Of a stretch of DNA of 64,000 bases, positions 56,785 to 64,000 are shown in pieces (position 1 is the first letter of the stretch; the number at the start of each line of letters is the position of its first letter). This DNA is from Eukaryota sp. TZLM1-RC (taxonomy: Eukaryota > Protista > Metamonada: BaSk clade): contig JAUPSS010000009.1 in assembly GCA_040285825.1 (NCBI GenBank), positions 1-64,000 of the forward strand. Direction: 5' to 3'. The translations under genes were made by a program, and so were the position numbers. The notes below the pieces were generated by a model. That model was not told where the DNA came from. It ran no database searches and saw nothing but the letters and a program-made list of their open reading frames with translations.

Positions 56785-58200
56785 GAATAAAAAAATCATT
56801 ACATACATCAGTGGATCTCACATCTGTAATAATGGTAGTACCTTCAAGACCTTCAAGCATTAAAACACCTCTATTTCGACCAAACGAATTCAAAGTATCT
56901 TCATCAACCAAACGGGAAAGTAATGGTTCTAAATAGGAAACAATTCTATGTTATTTTGACATACAATAGAGTTGATCTCTGACCGCATTATGAACTTTTG
57001 ATCGGAAAGTAATAAAATGTTTACAATTGAATAAATGATTTGGAGAAATTGTTGATCCACATTTACAAATCAAATTATGGGGCACGTTATCAGGCCAAAT
57101 AAAACAACGAAGGCGCATTGTACAAGAAAATTCGGTATCATTTAAAAGAAGACCATAAATTTGAGGAATCTGAGGAATTAGACACGAAGAGGAACTGTTT
57201 TTGGCATCTAACAAAAAATTTGCGAAAGCGGGATTATCTTTTTTGGCCGAGCCAAGACGAACATTAAAATCCAAGCCTTCAAAAATTAATGTTAACTTTT
57301 GTTGCAATTTTTTAACACAATACCTCAAATTAACTAGTGTTCTATATGGTATTTCCTGTACGTTGTCGGGAAAACATTTACTGCAAATGTCAGAGGGCAA
57401 AAAATCAAGAGCATTTTGTAAGTCTCTGAGAAAATTATTGCTTGTAAAATTCAATAAATTAATATCATTGGAAAAACGGTTGCAAAATTCAAAAACAAAA
57501 TTTTTCCCTCCACCAAGATAGGCAGCCTGACAGAGAATAGACGATTTAGTGAAATTAATTCCACCAAAATTAGATGATGAAAATACATGACTTCGAATTA
57601 GTTCGGGATTGACATCAATCAAAGATGCAAAAAATTTTGTTCTCAACAAGTTAAATGAGCGGCAAAACTCACGTAAAATATCAGGAGATGTTGTTCTTAA
57701 AATGTGAGTAATTTTACCGGAGTAGCAAATTTTTAAGATAAAAATCTTAAAATGTTTCTCAATTTCAAATGACGAAATTGTATCAAGTTCAGAAACCAAT
57801 GTCATTAAAAGATTATTCAATTCTTCAGTAATTTTTGGAACATTTCCAAGCCAGCATCCTAGAAAACGAAAAGCATCTGAGGAATAGTTAAGAAAAGGAA
57901 TTTCAACACCATCAATGGTTAATCTATCTTTGACTTTTCCTATGAGGAGACACTTGTCGGCATTAAGCACAAGACCAATATTTCTGTAAAACAGTGACGC
58001 TTCAGAAGCAATTTCATTTAAAACATTGAATGGACCAATAATTGAGATATCATCCATGTATCCTACTATCTTCAACATCGGATAGCGATTACTAAAATGA
58101 ATCAAAGACTTGTGAATACCTGAACAAAAGAGTAATGGCCCAAGGGGATCACCTTGCTTAACTCCGGAAGACGAAAATAAAGTATAAGATTCATAAATTA
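56785..58200 (-). mobile_element. CRE-like retrotransposon, family I second copy (RT C-terminus to mid-RLE, truncated at both ends)
   Basis: GVKQGDPLGP, YMDD, FLG. Near-identical to 41050-41978. Confidence 0.9.
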
Positions 58201-58361
58201 GTTTTTGAAAAAAGAAGTTTTCGTTTGATGCACATAAATATAAAATCCTACTTCACCATAACGCTTCTTTCAGCAACACTATTCTTTTTACCCACACTTG
58301 CACGAAAACTATAATAAAAAATGAATCGATAATATTTGATTTTGGAACTATTAGTTATGTG

Positions 58362-60081
58362 CAGGGTTGTGTAAAATTGAATTGGCAACTAATTGATCAA
58401 CCAAAATTCGTACCAATCAATAATTGGCAATTTTCAGTTATAGTAAAAGTGTTGGAATTTCTGTTACCAAGCAAAAACAAACTTTATCAACTGTATTTAT
58501 TGAATTTGCACACTTGATTAAATTAAATCATAACTAATGGGACGACTATCATTAAACCAAGATTTCCTCTACAAAATCTTGAATTGCTTGCTGTCTAGCT
58601 AAAGCTTCTCTAATTCGATTGAAAAACCGCAGTAATCTATTAATAATGGCAAATTGAATCCGTGAACGCCATAAAAAAATATCAAATCTTTTCATTGTTT
58701 TTTCTTTCACCATTTTTTGGAAGTCATCCAAAAAAGTTTCTGCTTCAACTGATAATCTTCCATTTATCGAAAATGGGAAAGCAATAAAAACCAGCTGTGT
58801 ATTTCTATCGACATTTGCATCTTCAATTTCTTTATCATATTTTCTATGTTTTTCTTTTGCTTTAAAATCCAGAGCAGCCACAGGATTAAGTTTTCTTCTG
58901 TGAACCAAAGTATCGTTTGCAACATTACATGAGACAAAGTCAACAATAGCTTCAGAATTATCAATCCAATCACAGTATACATCACCTCTATCATCAGAAC
59001 CAAAATTATTCAGAGAAAGTGTTTCCTTCAGCAGGGGCTCTTTGATACACGATATCCTTGCAGTTTGTGCCATATTGAAAACAGTGTCTCTAACAGCATC
59101 ATGTAATGAAGAACGATAAGTTATCAATTTAGAGCAATTTAGAGCAAGGCGCAAAGTGAGTTGAGGTGAATTCGAACAAATACATTTTTCTTTTGATAAT
59201 AATTGGTTAATGGGGATGTTCAAATATAATCTCATTTTTGTTACAAATGCTTCATTAGTGGCACACAATCCAAATCTTCGTGGTACAATGGTTACAAAAA
59301 GTGAAGAATCTGACGCCTTGTTTTCACAAACACCCTTTTCCAATAACAATGAGTGAAGATCTTGATATAAAACAGCCGAGCTGCAAATATTATTATAAAG
59401 ATCTTTTTCATACATTCCAGTCAATCTTTTCTGTAATGTTCGAAGAGTGTACTTCAAATTTAAAACATTTTTTTCTGGAATATTGCCATTGAATGATTGG
59501 GGAAAACATCGACCCCATTTTTCTACATCAATTCAAACAAACTTTATTGAAAACTATTTTTCTAGTTCAAATTCACTGAGACTGTTGGTTTGGTACGTCT
59601 TCGTTTGAGTCATTCCAATGAGTAGTACAAATCTCTCTGAAGGCCAGAAGATCCCATAGAGAGCTATTGTATTTGAGAAAACGAGAGACATTGGCATTGG
59701 TGTCAGAAAGCGAATGCCGATGCATTATACGGGATTCCTTTACGTGAAGGACTCTGCGCATCTATTTCAGTGAAAAAGAGTAGACATAGGTCCTTTCGAT
59801 GTGTTGGAAGAACCACAAGAGTGGAAGCAAATGCCAAGGTGGTTCAGAGATGAAAGAATTTTCTCTAATGCTACCAATATTATGTATCAAAAATAAGCAA
59901 TTATTGGGTGTGACAGTTTAATACTTTTATACAATCTCATACAAAACAATGTACGAAGACAAGTACAAAAAATTGCCAATAATTGGCAATTAATTGGTCG
60001 ACCAAAAAATCATGCCAATCAATAATTGCAATTAAATTTTTGGCAATAATTGAATTGGCAATTCAATTTTACACAGGCCTA
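58362..60081. mobile_element. hAT-type non-autonomous element with nested insertions
   Basis: TIRs CAGGGTTGTGTAAAATTGAATTG / TAGGCCTGTGTAAAATTGAATTG (reverse complement). Perfect 8-bp TSD GTTATGTG at 58354-58361 and 60082-60089. Subterminal AATTGGCAA repeats. Confidence 0.85.
58496..59573 (-). mobile_element. CRE-like retrotransposon 3' part, family E copy 1, nested in the hAT element
   Basis: ORF 58552-59457: CIC...LNC...HDAVRD...RGDV...VDF...KHRKY...FPFSING. Confidence 0.9.
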
Positions 60082-60150
60082 GTTATGTGGTGAGTAATGG
60101 CACTTTTAGTTACAATTTAAATCACCTATAACAAAAATACCGTCACTAAC

Positions 60151-60725
60151 ATTATATATTATTATATTATATTATATTATATTATATTATATTATATTAT
60201 ATTATATTATATTATATTATATTATATTATATTATATTATATTATATTATATTATATTATATTATATTATATTATATTATATTATATTATATTATATTAT
60301 ATTATATTATATTATATTATATTATATTATATTATATTATATTATATTATATTATATTATATTATATTATATTATATTATATTATATTATATTATATTAT
60401 ATTATATTATATTATATTATATTATATTATATTATATTATATTATATTATATTATATTATATTATATTATATTATATTATATTATATTATATTATATTAT
60501 ATTATATTATATTATATTATATTATATTATATTATATTATATTATATTATATTATATTATATTATATTATATTATATTATATTATATTATATTATATTAT
60601 ATTATATTATATTATATTATATTATATTATATTATATTATATTATATTATATTATATTATATTATATTATATTATATTATATTATATTATATTATATTAT
60701 ATTATATTATATTATATTATATTAT
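60151..60725. repeat. (ATTAT)n microsatellite, about 115 units
   Basis: Read directly from the sequence. Confidence 0.98.
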
Positions 60726-61713
60726 GGCAATATTCCAGAAAAAATGTTTTAAATTTGAAGTACACTCTTCGAACATTACAGAAAAGATTGACTGGAATGT
60801 ATGAAAAAGATCTTTATAATAATATTTGCAGCTCGGCTGTTTTAAATCAAGATCTTCACTCATTGTTATTGGAAAAGGGTGTTTGTGAAAACAAGGTGTC
60901 AGATTCTTCACTTTTTGTAACCATTGTACCACGAAGATTTGGATTGTGTGCTACTAATGAAGCATTTGTAACAAAAATGAGATTATATTTGAACATCCCC
61001 ATTAACCAATTATTATCAAAGAAAAATGTATTTGTTCGAATTCACCTCAACTCACTTTGCGCCATGCTCTAAATTGCTCTAAATTGATAACTTATCGTTC
61101 TTCATTACATGATGCTGTTAGAGACACTGTTTTCAATATGGCACAAACTGCAAGGATATCGTGTATCAAAGAGCCCCTGCTGAAAGAAACACTTTCTCTG
61201 AATAATTTTGGTTCTGATGATAGAGGTGATGTATACTGTGATTGGATTGATAATTCTGAAGCTATTGTTGACTTTGTCTCATGTAATGTTGCAAACAATA
61301 CTTTGGTTCACAGAAGAAAACTTAATCCTGTGGCTGCTCTGGATTTTAAAGCAAAAGAAAAACATAGAAAATATGATAAAGAAATTGAAGATGCAAATAT
61401 CGATAGAAATACACAGCTGGTTTTTATTGCTTTTCCATTTTCGATAAATGGAAGATTATCAGTTGAGCAGAAACTTTTTTGGATGACTTCAAAAATGGTG
61501 AAAAGAAAAAAACAATGAAAAAGATTTGATATTTTTTATGGCGTTCACGGATTCAATTTGCCATTATTAATAGATTACCGCGGTTTTTCAATCGAATTAG
61601 AGAAGCTTTTAGCTAGACAGCAAGCAAATCAAGATTTTGTAGAGGAAATCTTGGTTTAATGATAGTCGTCCCATTAGTTATGATTTAATTTAATCAAGTG
61701 CAAATTCAATAAA
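60726..61713 (+). mobile_element. Family E copy 2, 5'-truncated, embedded in (ATTAT)n
   Basis: Near-identical inverted copy of 58496-59487. Ends CAAATTCAATAAA. Confidence 0.92.
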
Positions 61714-61716
61714 TTA

Positions 61717-62039
61717 ATTATATTATATTATATTATATTATATTATATTATATTATATTATATTACATTATATTATATTATATTATATTATATTATATTA
61801 TATTATATTATATTATATTATATTATATTATATTATATTATATTATATTATATTATATTATATTATATTATATTATATTATATTATATTATATTATATTA
61901 TATTATATTATATTATATTATATTATATTATATTATATTATATTATATTATATTATATTATATTATATTATATTATATTATATTATATTATATTATATTA
62001 TATTATATTATATTATATTATATTATATTATATTATATT
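61717..62039. repeat. (ATTAT)n microsatellite, about 64 units
   Basis: Read directly from the sequence. Confidence 0.98.
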
Positions 62040-64000
62040 CTTTATATTTATATGGATTCTTTAAATTCTCTTCATCCACCTGAAGACTTCACCATAAATC
62101 ACATTGTCTCTGATAATGAACGTGATTTCTTCACTGCTAATCCTATCACTTGTGATGAAGTTAGTGTAGCTATTAAAGGACTTCCGTCTGGTCGTTCTGC
62201 TGGGCCTTCTGGACTTAGTTATGATCATTTGAAGTCCGCAGTCAACATATGTCCAGAAATCGTGGATGATTTAGTTTTCTTTTTTAATAGTGTCATCATG
62301 GGACGTTTTAAGTTACCACAGGCGTTAATGGCATCTCGTTTAGTTGCTTTAAATAAGCCTGGAGGTGGTGTCAGACCTATTGCTGTTGGTGAGTCCATAA
62401 CGAGATTATTAGCAATTATTTCGTTTAAAAGAGTTAAGTCATCCGCAATTAATTTTTTTCGTCCTTATCAGTTTGCTATCGGCATTCCTGATGGCACAAC
62501 ATGTGCTGCGTTGTGTACAGATTTACTTTTCAATCAAAAAGGCGAAAATTATTTATTGAACATTGATTTTAAAAATGCTTTCAACTCCGTTTTTCGCTCC
62601 AGTATTTTGCAAGAACTTGAACTACACTATCCTCCACTTTTGCCGTATTTTAAATTGATGTATGGATCACCCTCTAACTTAATTTTTCATTCTGAGAATA
62701 TTGTTTCGTCAAGAGGGGTCAAACAAGGGGATCCATTGGGTTTATTTTTCTTTTGCTTAGCACTGCAATCAGTTTTGGTAAAATTTAAATCGGATTTTCC
62801 TGACATTCATATATGTGCTTATGCAGATGATTTATCACTTATTGGCCCTTTGGCTCTTTTACAACACGGTTTACAACATTTTGTTTTTCTGGCCAAACAA
62901 ATAGGGTTAGACATTAAATTGCCCAAGTGTTTCATTTTTGGTAATCAGCATGCGGAGGTGGCATTTAATGAAACTTTTATCAAATACGTTGATTACGGGG
63001 AAGATGCTATTCGGTTTCTTGGATCTTATTTTGGAAATAGTGAAAAAGTTAAATCGATTTTGTCAGGTATTTTGGAAAAAATCGAAGAGCAACTTTTGGC
63101 TATTCAAGATCTACAAATTGACAAACATTTAGCGTTTTCGGTCCTCAATGTGTGTTTTGGATCAAAAATTAATCATCTTCTTCGTTCTTTATCTCCCACA
63201 ATTTCTCATGATTTTGCACGTCAATTCAATACTTTGAGAACAAATTTCTTAGGAAATTTAGTAGAAGTTTGTCCATCTAAAATTCCTTATCATGCATTCT
63301 TTAGTCCTAAATTTGGTGGAGTTGGTTTTCAAAAGCAGAGTATTTATGCAAAAGTGCTTTTATTGGTGGTATGAAAAATTTTCTTTTTGAATGGAAACTT
63401 CGTTTTGATCATATTCCTTTGAATGAATCACATCCTTTATTAATTTCTCTTGACAAAATGGTGCAAGAACTACCTGTTGATGTTTGGAATAGGAGTTTTC
63501 CTTCAAGTTTGCCTACTGTGCCTTCGAGATCTTTCACCAATCTTCATCTTGCTGTTGTGAAATTACAGAAGTCTGTTCTTATTGGTTTTGAAGACCTGGA
63601 TTTTTCTAAACGACTTAGTGTGACTAAGATTAATAATCCCGTCTTTGCTGCCTTTTTATCAGACATTCAGAACTGTACTAGTTTAATATCTCAGCAACCA
63701 AGGCCATTTGGTCTTCACTTAACAAATGAAGCTTGGAAACAAAACATGCGGTTGAGATTAGGGATGTATCCAAGTGGTCTTTTGGACAATTCTTATTGTA
63801 TTTGTAACAAAAACCTACTGCCAATTTTTCGTCATATTGTGAGCTGTAAGAAATTTCTCCAATATAGGTCAGTTCTTCATAATGCCGTTCGTGATGTGAC
63901 ATATGAGATGTTCAAGTGTTACAATTTTAGTTGCAAAGTAGAACCTTTGTTGAAGCATTATAGTGATGATAATCTTTTTAATTCACGTCGAGGTGATTTA
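62040..64000 (+). mobile_element. CRE-clade retrotransposon, family F (RT to RLE, runs off the window; frameshift near 63330)
   Basis: LHP, SAGPSGL, SRLVALNKPGGGVRPIAVGE, IDFKNAFNS, GVKQGDPLG, YADD, FLG. Later CIC...HIVSC...HNAVRD...RGD. Confidence 0.93.

Overview
AT-rich eukaryotic (protist) genomic DNA with very short spliceosomal introns (28-32 nt). A compact metamonad-like genome is my inference and is not verified. Bases 1-8669 are a ~460-bp satellite array with a dimeric higher-order stretch. Two related CRE-clade (RLE) non-LTR retrotransposons join this satellite at a shared sequence motif. Host genes: an MLKL-4HB/kinase/LRR protein, TAF1, Tctex-1 dynein light chain, a 3327-aa IPT/TIG multi-pass membrane protein, CENP-A, a PHD/coiled-coil protein, a stand-alone PIG-L-type half of the long NagB protein, and a Kelch-WD40 protein. 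Between them lie about 14 CRE-type retrotransposon pieces, two MITEs, (ATTAT)n tracts and seven Fanzor1 (eukaryotic TnpB) copies or fragments from at least four families. The most striking pattern: three Fanzor right ends (the putative omegaRNA ends) lie co-oriented only ~18-31 nt upstream of host start codons (Tctex-1, the TIG protein, CENP-A). Both family-A copies also lack the RuvC-III catalytic Asp. This suggests, as inference only, promoter-associated and possibly nuclease-dead RNA-guided elements. All domain calls are by motif recognition; no searches were run.
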